A DNA stretch of 48,719 nt, taken from a virus. Lineage: Duplodnaviria > Caudoviricetes. The DNA lies in IMG/VR virus record IMGVR_UViG_3300027819_000018, positions 1 to 48,719 of that record; one strand, 5' to 3'. The notes under the pieces are model-generated. The model saw only the letters and a list, made by a program, of their open reading frames with translations, was not told the DNA's origin and searched no databases. Below are positions 37,394 to 46,706 of this stretch, piece after piece. Each line of letters opens with the position of its first letter. The stretch's first letter is position 1. The translations under genes were made by a program, and so were the position numbers.

Positions 37394-37842
37394 CGCTCGC
37401 CAGCACGCTGACTAAGTTACAGGCATTGAACCGGGGGAGCAGCGGCATCGCCACGGCGCCAACCGCGTACCCGACGGCACTCAACGCCGCCGACTTGCCG
37501 TGTGCTTTGACCCTGGTCGGCGCGGGGGACTGCAACGAGCAGGCGGTCGGACTGAAGCGCACCGACACAATGTATCACATCATCACCTACGTCAAGCCGG
37601 TGGCGCACGGAGTAGGCATCGATGAAGGAGTACAGGTCTGTCTACCCATCCTGCAAGCGATGATAAACACCTATCTGGACAACCCGACGCTGGACGGCAC
37701 CATCGACCACATCGGCGAGCAGGGGGAGTTCAGCCATAGCGGCATACAGAGCGGAGATAGCGACCGGCGGCTCATTTACGGGGGCACGAGCTATCACGGC
37801 TTCATCGTATCGTTACGGATAACCGAAAAGACCAGTTCATAG
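37390..37842 (+). CDS. Tail terminator/completion protein (putative)
   Basis: Position before the tail tube; LPCAL, NPTLDG pattern. Confidence 0.6.
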   Translation: MTLASTLTKLQALNRGSSGIATAPTAYPTALNAADLPCALTLVGAGDCNEQAVGLKRTDTMYHIITYVKPVAHGVGIDEGVQVCLPILQAMINTYLDNPTLDGTIDHIGEQGEFSHSGIQSGDSDRRLIYGGTSYHGFIVSLRITEKTSS

Positions 37843-37854
37843 GAGGTAAACAAA

Positions 37855-38850
37855 ATGGGAGCTTCTGCAGCACTTAGATTGATGCTCTCGACCGATGAAG
37901 GAACCTGGGGCACCGACACGGCGACCACCAGGAAATTGCACGGGCTCACGGACGCATCGCTCAGCGCCAACCAGACGGTCGAAGTCGTGCCGACGGTGGG
38001 CAACTTCGGCCCCGGCACGGTCTCGGCACGAACCGCCCAATCGGGCGAGGGCAGTATCGAGTTCGTGGCAACTTACGAGGAATTGCCCATCATTTACAAC
38101 GGGCTGTTCACGGCCATCGATGCATCGAGCATCACCTCGGGCTCGCCGTACAACTATCCGTACACGGCGCCCAACGCCAGCACGCAGGTGGTCAACAGCT
38201 ATACCATGGAGTTCGGGACCACCGGGCAGTGCTACCAGATGACCGGCAGCGTGTTCAACACCCTGACATTGAAGGGCGAAGCCGGCGGACTCTGGACCGG
38301 CAGTGTTGACGTGCTCGGCAAGCGCGTTGACCCGGCCACGATGACTACCGAAGGCGTCAACCGCGGCGTCAACCCGATTCGCATGGCCGACACGTCGCTG
38401 TACGTCGACGCTTTTAGCACGGGCACTATCGGCACGACGTTGACCAGCGGTACGCTGATCTCGTTCGAGCTTTCCGTCAACCCGAACCGGCACCTCAAGA
38501 CCTTCGCGGGCTCGGAAGCCCCTGCGAGCTGGGGCGATGGCAGGTGGGAAGGCTCACTCAAGACGGTCGTGGAATTTAATAGCTCGGCGAAGGCACTGAT
38601 CGATGAGATGCTGGGCTCCACGGGCGTGCAGCTACAGAAGCAGGTTAGGCTCTACGCCACCGAGGGCAGCAGCGCGAGCGTGCGCAGCGCCACCGTGGAC
38701 TTTGCCGGGGTAGTCTCCGATCCGGTCAAGTTCTTCGACGATCGGGACGGGAACATGACCATCGAAGTCACCTGGCAGGGCAAGTACAGCACGGGCCTGG
38801 GAAATTGGCTCGGAGTCGCCTGTCAGAACGGCACGTCGAGCACAACCTAA
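37855..38850 (+). CDS. Tail tube (major tail) protein, Ser/Thr-rich
   Basis: E.TWGT N-terminal motif; SYTMEFG; position before chaperone and TMP. Confidence 0.75.
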   Translation: MGASAALRLMLSTDEGTWGTDTATTRKLHGLTDASLSANQTVEVVPTVGNFGPGTVSARTAQSGEGSIEFVATYEELPIIYNGLFTAIDASSITSGSPYNYPYTAPNASTQVVNSYTMEFGTTGQCYQMTGSVFNTLTLKGEAGGLWTGSVDVLGKRVDPATMTTEGVNRGVNPIRMADTSLYVDAFSTGTIGTTLTSGTLISFELSVNPNRHLKTFAGSEAPASWGDGRWEGSLKTVVEFNSSAKALIDEMLGSTGVQLQKQVRLYATEGSSASVRSATVDFAGVVSDPVKFFDDRDGNMTIEVTWQGKYSTGLGNWLGVACQNGTSSTT

Positions 38851-38873
38851 TACAGGAATGAGGAAGGGGAAAT

Positions 38874-39218
38874 ATGACTAAGTTAATCGTTAAACCGATC
38901 GCGCTATCCGAGCCGGGCAGCTACCGGGAGCGCAACCAGTTTTTCAAAGTAATTCGGCGATTCAATGGCCTGAAGGACTCGGAAGACGGTCTGGCCGTGG
39001 TCGACGCCTATGACGAGGTGGAAAGGCTCATCCTGCCCCGGCTCAAGACCGCCGACGGCACACCGGTTGAGGCGGCGCTAGACAGGCTGTCGGCGCAGGA
39101 GTTTGATGCCCTGCTATCGGCGATCGCGTTTGAAGCGGGGGAGACAGTCCCCCCAGCGAACGCCAGCAGCTCGACCGCTGCGCGCGCGGGCACTCGAAAG
39201 AAGCGCCTGAATGGGTAG
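38874..39218 (+). CDS. Tail assembly chaperone (gpG-like)
   Basis: Between tail tube and TMP; carries slippery C CCC CCA. Confidence 0.7.
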   Translation: MTKLIVKPIALSEPGSYRERNQFFKVIRRFNGLKDSEDGLAVVDAYDEVERLILPRLKTADGTPVEAALDRLSAQEFDALLSAIAFEAGETVPPANASSSTAARAGTRKKRLNG

Positions 39219-39406
39219 AGGTCCTGTTGCTGGCTGAAATGGGGTACTGGGGCGGTGACCCCGAGCGGATAGCGGGGCAGGCGTCGGCGCTATGGTTTGA
39301 CCGGGCTATGGCCCTGCAAGAGGCCAGAGCTAGCGCCAAGCCGCAGACGCACGGCGGGGCGGCTACGCAGACTCACGGCGGAGTGCAAAAACAGAGGCTG
39401 ATCTGA
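39149..39406 (+). CDS. -1 frameshift extension of the tail chaperone (gpGT-like)
   Basis: -1 frame open from 39134 to TGA 39404-39406, which overlaps the TMP ATG; PPSERQQLDR...WFDRAMAL...RLI*. Confidence 0.7.
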   Translation, partial: PPSERQQLDRCARGHSKEAPEWVEVLLLAEMGYWGGDPERIAGQASALWFDRAMALQEARASAKPQTHGGAATQTHGGVQKQRLI

Positions 39407-42400
39407 TGGCAGAGAAAATCGAGATATGGATCGAAGGGCATGATGGTCTCTCCAGGGTTGCACAGGGGGCGTCTAAGCAGCTAGGTGTCCTGGAAGGCCA
39501 TAGTCGCAAATCGGCGGCGGGAATGAACCTGATGGCCGAGCACATGGACCACGCTCAGCATAGTATGGCTGGTATGAACCTGATGATGAAGGGGATGAGC
39601 ATGACAATGCTCTCCCTGCCCTTCCTGGCCGTAGCCGGGGGATCGCTCAAATCCGCCGCGGCCTTCGAGCAGACGGCCAACGTCACGCAACAGGTAACGC
39701 ACGCCACTGACGCTCAGCGGATAGCTCTGGAAAAGCTGGGGTTGCAACTAGGCAAGGACACCGTTTTTTCGGCAGGCGAGGCCATGCAGGGAGAGCTTGC
39801 ACTAGCAAAGGCGGGCCTAGACGTTAATGAGGTGATGGCAGCCATGCCGGGCGTCATGGACCTGGCTGCAGCAGGCGAACTAAGTATAGCGGCGGCGGCA
39901 GAAACGGCCGCCACAGCAGTCAACGCCTTCGGGTTGGATGCCAGTAAGACAATGGACGTAGCTAATATGCTGGCAGCCGCAGCCAACGCCTCGTCAGTGG
40001 AAGTCAAAGACTTGCGTGATTCATTCCAAATGGCGAGTGCCGTGGCATCCAAGGCAGGAATCCCCGTTGATGCTTTAACGACTTCACTGGCTTTACTGGG
40101 CAACGCTGGAATAAAGGGCTCGGATGCTGGTACATCCTTTAAGCAGATGCTCCTGGCCCTCCAAGCACCGAGCAAGCAAGCCAAGGGCATTCTCAAAGAA
40201 TTGGGTATCTCGATTTACGATACATCTGGGCGTATGCGTGACCAACGGGATATTATCGACCAGTTCACGAAAGCTACAGGTAAGCTAACTCAGAAGTCGC
40301 GGGATGAAGCGCTGGCGATCATTTTTGGCTCAGATGCCGTGCGGGCAGCCAATATCCTATTGACTGAGGGCGTGGAAAAGTACGACGCCATGTCCAAAGC
40401 AGTCGGCAAAGCCGGGGCAGCGCAGGAAGTGGCCAACGCCCGCATGAAGGGGTTGGCCGGGGCGGTAGAGTACCTGAAGGGCTCGGTGGATTCGTTTCTC
40501 ATCGGGCAGGGGCTTCCCTTCACACAGACTATCGGGGACTGGGCACGTGGCCTAGCCGACTTGATTAATGCATTTGACAAGATCCCGCCATCGGTGCAAC
40601 AGGGATTAGCGGTGATAGTTGGCTTGACCGGTGCACTCCTAGCTACCGGCGGCGTCATCGCCGGGATGATAGCCTCCATAACTATGATCGGTGCGCCAAT
40701 TCTGATGGTGAGCGCGGCCATCGTCGGCTTAGCCACTGCTTGGGCTACGAACTGGAACGGGATGCGGGACCGGACAATAGAAGCAGTCAACGGGATACGC
40801 CCCTACCTCCAAACACTGACGGAATGGCTCGACCGAAACCTTGGCACAGTGCTACAGGTGAGCAGTGTTGCCGTGGGTGCTTGGGCCGCTTTTACTGTGG
40901 GACGCTTTGCCTGGACAGCGGCACAAGCTACAATCCACGCCGCTACAGTCGCCCAAGCGTTCACGGTGACGATGGTGGGCTCCATAGCTTCGGCCATTCC
41001 GGCTATTATTGCGATACTTGCCCCACTACTACCGGCACTCATACTCGTCGGTGCGTGGGTTTACACTCTCAAGACGGCCTGGGACAAGAATTTCCTTGAC
41101 ATTCAAGGCATTACCCAACGCTTTGTGAGCACAATTAAGTACCACTGGCAAGAGTTAATGGCTGATGCAATCAGCATCACACCAATGGTCAAAATTATCT
41201 CGGTTGCTTGGAATAGCGATATGCAGAATCTGATGACCACCGTTCAGACATTTGCTAAGTACGTGGGGGATACCTTGGGGAAGATGCATGACGATGCAGT
41301 GGAAGCACAGACGGGCATCGCTGGCAGTCGTGAATCTGTACTGGGGGGCAAGTACCGCGGGACTGATTTGACAAAACTGAGTCCGTCCCATGGGATTGTA
41401 GCACCTCCTCCCAATTTGTCAGCTTCTCACAAATCAGGAAGAGACACAGCTAAAAGTTTTTGGGATGGATGGCTCGATGAATGGAAACAGGGGCTACCTG
41501 ATTTACAGAAACTGCTAAGAGGTATGACCGGTGATATTAGCGCTTCGCTCAGCCAGAAGGGCGTGTTCTTGACGCAAGAGGACATGGACCGTATTGAACA
41601 GGCGCGGAAGTGGGCCGAGGAATATAAGGAATTTTACCACGGCACGACTGGCGACATATCACTACCCAAGCCGCCTGGCTTAGACATCGATTGGGACGAC
41701 TTACTTAAGAAAGCGAAAAAGACAGCTAAAGAGGCGGGCTTGTCGATGCAGGACTTCACGCGGGCACTCATCGCTACCCATCCGGCTACCCTGGCAGCCG
41801 CCGCAGCGGTCGATACCCTCAAGAGGCGTATTGGGGATATGGGCCTGGCTATCATTGCCAACAAGGACCAGCTCAAAGCCGCTCAAGATGAGTTCGGGCG
41901 TATGGGCGACAAGCTCACTCGCTTGAATGACAAGCTGAGCGTAGCCAAACAGCGATTATCCGACCTGGCTACCCCCCGCCTTACCGGGCAGGGCGCTATG
42001 GATAAACAGATAGCTCAACTGGAGGGCTATCTAAAGCGGGTGGAGCTGGCAAAGCTCACCGGAAAACCGATCGGTGACATTCTCAAACAATTCCCCTCGG
42101 CATTACCTCCCGGCTTCGAGTGGATTTTCAATCTGCCGACTGAGCAAATCGAAGATGCGGTACGTAACCTCTTGCAGCAGATGCAGCTAACCAGGGACAT
42201 TGACTTCGGAGAGCAGTTAGCTAAAATCCGCGAAGCCGCCGAGGGGATCGAGGACGAGATGTCGTTCGATGATGCTCTACGGAGTATCACCAATACGAAG
42301 GGGGAAATAGCTGACCTAACTACCGCTGTCGGCATACAGGAAATAGCGATGCAGGCACAGAAGGAAGTCATGCAAGGGTTGACCGACGAGGGCGAGAGGC

Positions 42401-42993
42401 TGAATGCGGCACTAGCGACTATGCAAGAGCAACTCAAGGGAGTTGAGGCCGACCAGACAGCCGTCAATGCCGCCCTCGAAGACGCCTATCAGTGGTTACT
42501 GGACGATCGACAGAAGATGATCGAAATGGGCGGCGAGGCGGCAACGCAGGCCGGCATCATCAGCGATAAGACGCAGGGCCTCCTGGCTGCGATGGATACC
42601 TACGCCAGCGATATTAGCAGCTCGGTAGGCGGGGCGCTAGGTGGGGTAGTAAGCGAATATCGGACGGCGGTTGATAACATCCTGGCTGAATTATCCCGAG
42701 TGCCGGGGATGTCGCCCCTTGCACCCGCTGCCCTGCCAGTGACTAAGCCGTACATTCCCCAGGCACAGGGGGGTTCAGGCGTCGTGACCAAGCCGACGCT
42801 CTTCCTAGCGGGCGAGGCAGGGCCGGAATCATATTGGTTCGGCGGGGCCAACGGCAGGGGGGCGGGGCCGGGCATGGTCTGGACCGGGGACGTAATTGTC
42901 CACGGCACTGTAGTCACCGAGCGACAACTGGTCGAAGCAGTCCGGCAGGGTCTCATCAGGACCGACCGCCGCAACGTAACGTCGGGGGTGTAG
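39406..42993 (+). CDS. Tape measure protein (TP901-family core)
   Basis: LGKDTVFSAGEA, LAKAG, LGNAGIKGSDAGT, IFGSDAVRAA; 1195 aa helical; C-terminal AGEAGPE. Confidence 0.93.
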   Translation: MAEKIEIWIEGHDGLSRVAQGASKQLGVLEGHSRKSAAGMNLMAEHMDHAQHSMAGMNLMMKGMSMTMLSLPFLAVAGGSLKSAAAFEQTANVTQQVTHATDAQRIALEKLGLQLGKDTVFSAGEAMQGELALAKAGLDVNEVMAAMPGVMDLAAAGELSIAAAAETAATAVNAFGLDASKTMDVANMLAAAANASSVEVKDLRDSFQMASAVASKAGIPVDALTTSLALLGNAGIKGSDAGTSFKQMLLALQAPSKQAKGILKELGISIYDTSGRMRDQRDIIDQFTKATGKLTQKSRDEALAIIFGSDAVRAANILLTEGVEKYDAMSKAVGKAGAAQEVANARMKGLAGAVEYLKGSVDSFLIGQGLPFTQTIGDWARGLADLINAFDKIPPSVQQGLAVIVGLTGALLATGGVIAGMIASITMIGAPILMVSAAIVGLATAWATNWNGMRDRTIEAVNGIRPYLQTLTEWLDRNLGTVLQVSSVAVGAWAAFTVGRFAWTAAQATIHAATVAQAFTVTMVGSIASAIPAIIAILAPLLPALILVGAWVYTLKTAWDKNFLDIQGITQRFVSTIKYHWQELMADAISITPMVKIISVAWNSDMQNLMTTVQTFAKYVGDTLGKMHDDAVEAQTGIAGSRESVLGGKYRGTDLTKLSPSHGIVAPPPNLSASHKSGRDTAKSFWDGWLDEWKQGLPDLQKLLRGMTGDISASLSQKGVFLTQEDMDRIEQARKWAEEYKEFYHGTTGDISLPKPPGLDIDWDDLLKKAKKTAKEAGLSMQDFTRALIATHPATLAAAAAVDTLKRRIGDMGLAIIANKDQLKAAQDEFGRMGDKLTRLNDKLSVAKQRLSDLATPRLTGQGAMDKQIAQLEGYLKRVELAKLTGKPIGDILKQFPSALPPGFEWIFNLPTEQIEDAVRNLLQQMQLTRDIDFGEQLAKIREAAEGIEDEMSFDDALRSITNTKGEIADLTTAVGIQEIAMQAQKEVMQGLTDEGERLNAALATMQEQLKGVEADQTAVNAALEDAYQWLLDDRQKMIEMGGEAATQAGIISDKTQGLLAAMDTYASDISSSVGGALGGVVSEYRTAVDNILAELSRVPGMSPLAPAALPVTKPYIPQAQGGSGVVTKPTLFLAGEAGPESYWFGGANGRGAGPGMVWTGDVIVHGTVVTERQLVEAVRQGLIRTDRRNVTSGV

Positions 42994-42994
42994 C

Positions 42995-44809
42995 TTGCCT
43001 TTTAATTACGTCTTCCCCTTCGACTTTGACACTGAAGACCTGACCATAAGAATAGCCTTCGACTCGACGCCCTTCGCCGCTACTCTGCGCTGGACGGACA
43101 TCAGCGCGGACGTGGAATCCGGCACCATCAAGAAGGGGCGCCAGCACGACCTGGATCGCATCGAGGCGGGGGTGTGCACCCTGGTGGTCGACAACGCCAG
43201 CGGGAACTACTGGCCGGACAATGCCAGCGGTGCATACTACGGCAACCTCAAGCCGGGCAAGCGGATCAACGTCCGCAAGACTTACGGCGGCACCACCTAT
43301 GACGTGTTCACCGGCTTCATCGAGAGCTATAGGCCGTATTTCCCCGGCGTGGCCAGCGAGTCAAAAATAGAGATAACCGCGGTCGACTTGTTCAAAAATC
43401 TGGCACTGACGGAGTTGAACGAACGCAATGTCACACTGACCAACGCGGGGAACTATGCGTATCGAGCTGACAACGCTGACCTGTCGATGGGAGATATTGA
43501 TTTTGCGATTGCGGGGTGGTTCCGGCTGTACGACAAATCCGTTGATCGTCCGCTGGTTTGCAAATCCGCAAACAACACCAATATGGAATACGGCCTGTAC
43601 TACGATCAATCCGTTGACCGATTTGCTATGGAGATGAGTAGCTCGGGGGCAATCGGTGGCCTTCAACAGGCAGTCGGCGGCTCATCTCCATCAACCCTCA
43701 CCTGGTATTTCGTGGTGGGGCAATACGATGCGGCCAATAACAACATTGAGGTATCGGTCAATGGTGGCTCACTGGGCAGCCAGTCTCATTCGGGCGGCGC
43801 CTACAACGGGACCAGTGCGTTGCGGGTGGGCTCAATCGAGTACGGGATGCTCAGCGGAGTAGCCGAGTACAATGATGGCTGGTTCGGGCCGGTAGGCATC
43901 TATAAAAAGGTGCTTACGTCAGCGCAAATTGCTGCACTCTATAACAACGGGCGATGGTTGTATTACTCCGACCTGAGCGCCGATATGAAAACCTCTCTGG
44001 TAGCCTGGTGGGACAATGACGAGGACGGCAACGCTACGCGGGTAGATTCAGCGGGAGCCAACGATTTGACGGCAACTGCGAGCTTGCAATCGGCTACGAT
44101 AGGTTGGGATTCTGAGCGATCCGACCTACGCATAGGGCGAGTACTCGATAACATCGGCTGGCCGTCCGCAAATCGCGACCTCGATACCGGCGCGGCCACG
44201 ATACAGGCCCTCAATCCGGTAACCAACACAAACGCACTGACGCACCTACAGGCGGTTGGACAGAGCGAGAATGGGTTGATCTTCATTCAGGGCGACGGCG
44301 ACGTAGAGTTTCAGAACCGGACCGCTCGCGCCAATTCGCCTTATGATACCAGCCAGGCCACATTTGGCGAGGACGCGGGGGAGATCGGTTACGAGGACAT
44401 GGAGCTCAGCTATGACGATTCATTCATTTACAACGAGGTGCGCTTAACCCGGACCGGCGGAACGGAAGTCGTAGCAGGGGACGTGGACTCACAGAATGCC
44501 TACGGCAAGCGCACGCTATCCCGCACCGGGCTGCTGAATTCGACCGATGCCGACGTGCTGACGGTGGCGCAGACGCTGAGGAACGCCTACAAGGACCCGG
44601 CCCAGCGCATCGAGTACATCATCGTCGATCCGGTGGCCAACCCAACAAACCTATGGGCCAAGGTGCTGACCTACGATATATCGACCAGGATAACCGTCCG
44701 ACTGAACGAGGCTTCGCTCGACAGCGAGTTCCACATCGAGGGCATCGAGCATAGGTTTGGGCCGGCGAAGGAATGGAAAACCAAATGGCAACTGAGCAAG
44801 GCGGGTTAG
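42995..44809 (+). CDS. Minor tail/baseplate hub protein with inserted LamG (ConA-like lectin) domain
   Basis: WTDIS..V...GRQ..LDR..AG...DN..G hub N-terminus; FAIAGWF...WYFVVGQYD...IYKKVLTSAQI..LYN LamG (~43420-44105); SQNAYG. Confidence 0.75.
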   Translation: MPFNYVFPFDFDTEDLTIRIAFDSTPFAATLRWTDISADVESGTIKKGRQHDLDRIEAGVCTLVVDNASGNYWPDNASGAYYGNLKPGKRINVRKTYGGTTYDVFTGFIESYRPYFPGVASESKIEITAVDLFKNLALTELNERNVTLTNAGNYAYRADNADLSMGDIDFAIAGWFRLYDKSVDRPLVCKSANNTNMEYGLYYDQSVDRFAMEMSSSGAIGGLQQAVGGSSPSTLTWYFVVGQYDAANNNIEVSVNGGSLGSQSHSGGAYNGTSALRVGSIEYGMLSGVAEYNDGWFGPVGIYKKVLTSAQIAALYNNGRWLYYSDLSADMKTSLVAWWDNDEDGNATRVDSAGANDLTATASLQSATIGWDSERSDLRIGRVLDNIGWPSANRDLDTGAATIQALNPVTNTNALTHLQAVGQSENGLIFIQGDGDVEFQNRTARANSPYDTSQATFGEDAGEIGYEDMELSYDDSFIYNEVRLTRTGGTEVVAGDVDSQNAYGKRTLSRTGLLNSTDADVLTVAQTLRNAYKDPAQRIEYIIVDPVANPTNLWAKVLTYDISTRITVRLNEASLDSEFHIEGIEHRFGPAKEWKTKWQLSKAG

Positions 44810-44818
44810 AGGTGAGGA

Positions 44819-45391
44819 ATGGCTAACGAATTTAAACACGCGACCGCGGGAACGGCACTAACACAAGCTGAATTTGAGGCTACCGATAGGCATACCGCCG
44901 ATTCTCAGGCGCAAGGGGATATTCTGTATTGTGATGGTACTTATTGGAAGCGGCTGGGCGCGGGGACAAGCGGGCAATTCTTAAAAACCCAGGGCGCGGG
45001 GGCAAATCCGGTTTGGGACGATGCGACATTTATACCGCTATCTATCCCACTGACATCAACATCATGGGACGGCGACAGCTTCAGTACAACCGCTGCGACA
45101 CTCATCGACCTGTCGGCAGTCTTCAGCGTACCGGCAGGAGTTAGAGCTATATCTGTATCGGTAGCCTTCCGCGATTCAGCCAGCGCTGCTAATGAGGTTG
45201 CCATTAATCTAGGACCAGCTGCGGCAGTAGGTGCCCTGGAAATTCGGGCCAGTGGCATCGCTAACGACTTTTGGACCGCTGGAAGCGGCATAGTTCCGTG
45301 TGATGCTAACGGGGATATTTACTACACCATCACCGCGTCGGGAGCGAGCACAGCAGAAGTTACTATGCGCATTTGGGGATATTGGCTATAG
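44819..45391 (+). CDS. Tail fiber/receptor-binding-like protein
   Basis: QGDILY...RLGAGTSGQFLKTQGAGANPVW fiber motif; C-terminal beta domain. Confidence 0.65.
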   Translation: MANEFKHATAGTALTQAEFEATDRHTADSQAQGDILYCDGTYWKRLGAGTSGQFLKTQGAGANPVWDDATFIPLSIPLTSTSWDGDSFSTTAATLIDLSAVFSVPAGVRAISVSVAFRDSASAANEVAINLGPAAAVGALEIRASGIANDFWTAGSGIVPCDANGDIYYTITASGASTAEVTMRIWGYWL

Positions 45392-45413
45392 ATTTAGTGG
45401 GGAGGTAAGAACA

Positions 45414-45809
45414 ATGGACCGTATCACATTCTGGGCAAAAGTTGCCGTAGGGGGCGCAGCGGCGATTTGGGGAGGAATTACCCCGATGATCCAATTACTG
45501 CTGATCCTGATGATCCTCGACATTGCAACGGGACTCCTAGCGGGATTTGTCACTAAGGAATTATCGTCTGACGTATCGTTCCGAGGGGTGGCAAAAAAGG
45601 CAATCGTGCTTTTGGTGGTAGCGGCGGCGGTATTTGGCGAACCGACTACGGGGCTACCGCTAGGGCAGGTTGTGGCGGGATTCTACGCAGCGCACGAGTT
45701 ATTGAGTATCCTAGAGAATTCGGGCCGCGCGGGGCTGCCGGTGCCGACGATACTACAGGATGCGCTGAAGAAACTTAGCCCGCAGGATACGATGGAGCCG
45801 AGAGGGTAG
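45414..45809 (+). CDS. Phage holin (holin_4_1 type)
   Basis: TM helices; DIATG, SS...RG..KK, E.LSILEN.GR.GLPVP. Confidence 0.88.
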   Translation: MDRITFWAKVAVGGAAAIWGGITPMIQLLLILMILDIATGLLAGFVTKELSSDVSFRGVAKKAIVLLVVAAAVFGEPTTGLPLGQVVAGFYAAHELLSILENSGRAGLPVPTILQDALKKLSPQDTMEPRG

Positions 45810-45812
45810 AGT

Positions 45813-46706
45813 ATGCAAGTCGGCTGGCACTACCTCACCGACGACGACCCACTGCCCGCGCTCGCCTCGGCCTGTTTTCTCGACGCGGCCGGCGCTGGCA
45901 AGGGGATGCAAAGCCCGCTCAGGCTCTGCCGGCTCTACTACAAGGGACGGCCCAACCTGGACGATACCATTACCAAGGCGCTCGGCTGGGCGCGGATGGG
46001 GTGCAAGGTGCAGTTGGGGAACGAGCCGAACCATCCCATCGAGGAATGGAGCGGCACGCCGGAGGATTACGCCGAGTGGTATTACCGCGTCAAGGCGTAT
46101 TGTCCAGATGTACAGTTGTACTGGGCGGCACCGTCGCCGGGCTTGCCGTACTGGGAAGAGTGGTACACGGGGGCCGACAACGCTGATGGGCTGACGGTCC
46201 ACGCCTACGGCAGCTATGCCGAGATGCGGGCAGTCGTCGAGTATGTGCTGGGGCGATTTCCAGGCAAGCCGGTGTGGATTTCAGAGGTAAACTTTGGCCC
46301 TGGCCCTGGTCGCGTCATCGACCGCAACGCCTGGGCGCACGATCACTTGCAGCCGTTTCTCGACTGGTGCGCGACTAAGCCGCAGATAGAGGCGGTGTCA
46401 TACTTCGCCTACGTCTGGCCGAACCCGGACCTAGCCAGCCCGACGCCGGTGGACGGCCAGGGGACGCAGATTGAATTTGTTTTGCGGACGTGGAAACAGG
46501 AGGAACCTATGGGACTACCAGAACAGTATCCGGAACTATACCAACAGTGGGTAGCAGCCGGGGGAATAGAAAACAATCTGAGATCGCACCTGTTAGCACT
46601 TGGCGTGCTCCCACCCACCAAGGACGACGTGCGCCTACTCGGGGAGGAACTGAAGGTGAAGGTCAACCAGCTTGCCAACGTGGTGAATTCACTCCCTTTA
46701 GCGTAA
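45813..46706 (+). CDS. Endolysin component: clan GH-A-like glycoside hydrolase + short C-terminal helical domain
   Basis: VQLGNEPN (acid/base), VHAY, PVWISEVN (nucleophile); follows the holin. Confidence 0.75.
   Translation: MQVGWHYLTDDDPLPALASACFLDAAGAGKGMQSPLRLCRLYYKGRPNLDDTITKALGWARMGCKVQLGNEPNHPIEEWSGTPEDYAEWYYRVKAYCPDVQLYWAAPSPGLPYWEEWYTGADNADGLTVHAYGSYAEMRAVVEYVLGRFPGKPVWISEVNFGPGPGRVIDRNAWAHDHLQPFLDWCATKPQIEAVSYFAYVWPNPDLASPTPVDGQGTQIEFVLRTWKQEEPMGLPEQYPELYQQWVAAGGIENNLRSHLLALGVLPPTKDDVRLLGEELKVKVNQLANVVNSLPLA

Noticed and set aside
39342-39381. 16-bp near-repeat CGCAGAC(G/T)CACGGCGG
   Set aside because: Explained as a QTHGG peptide duplication in the frameshifted chaperone tail
46490-46693. 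GTG 46490 as the amidase start
   Set aside because: No SD upstream (the AGGAGG lies downstream and serves ATG 46509 in the other frame); translation looks like an off-frame shadow
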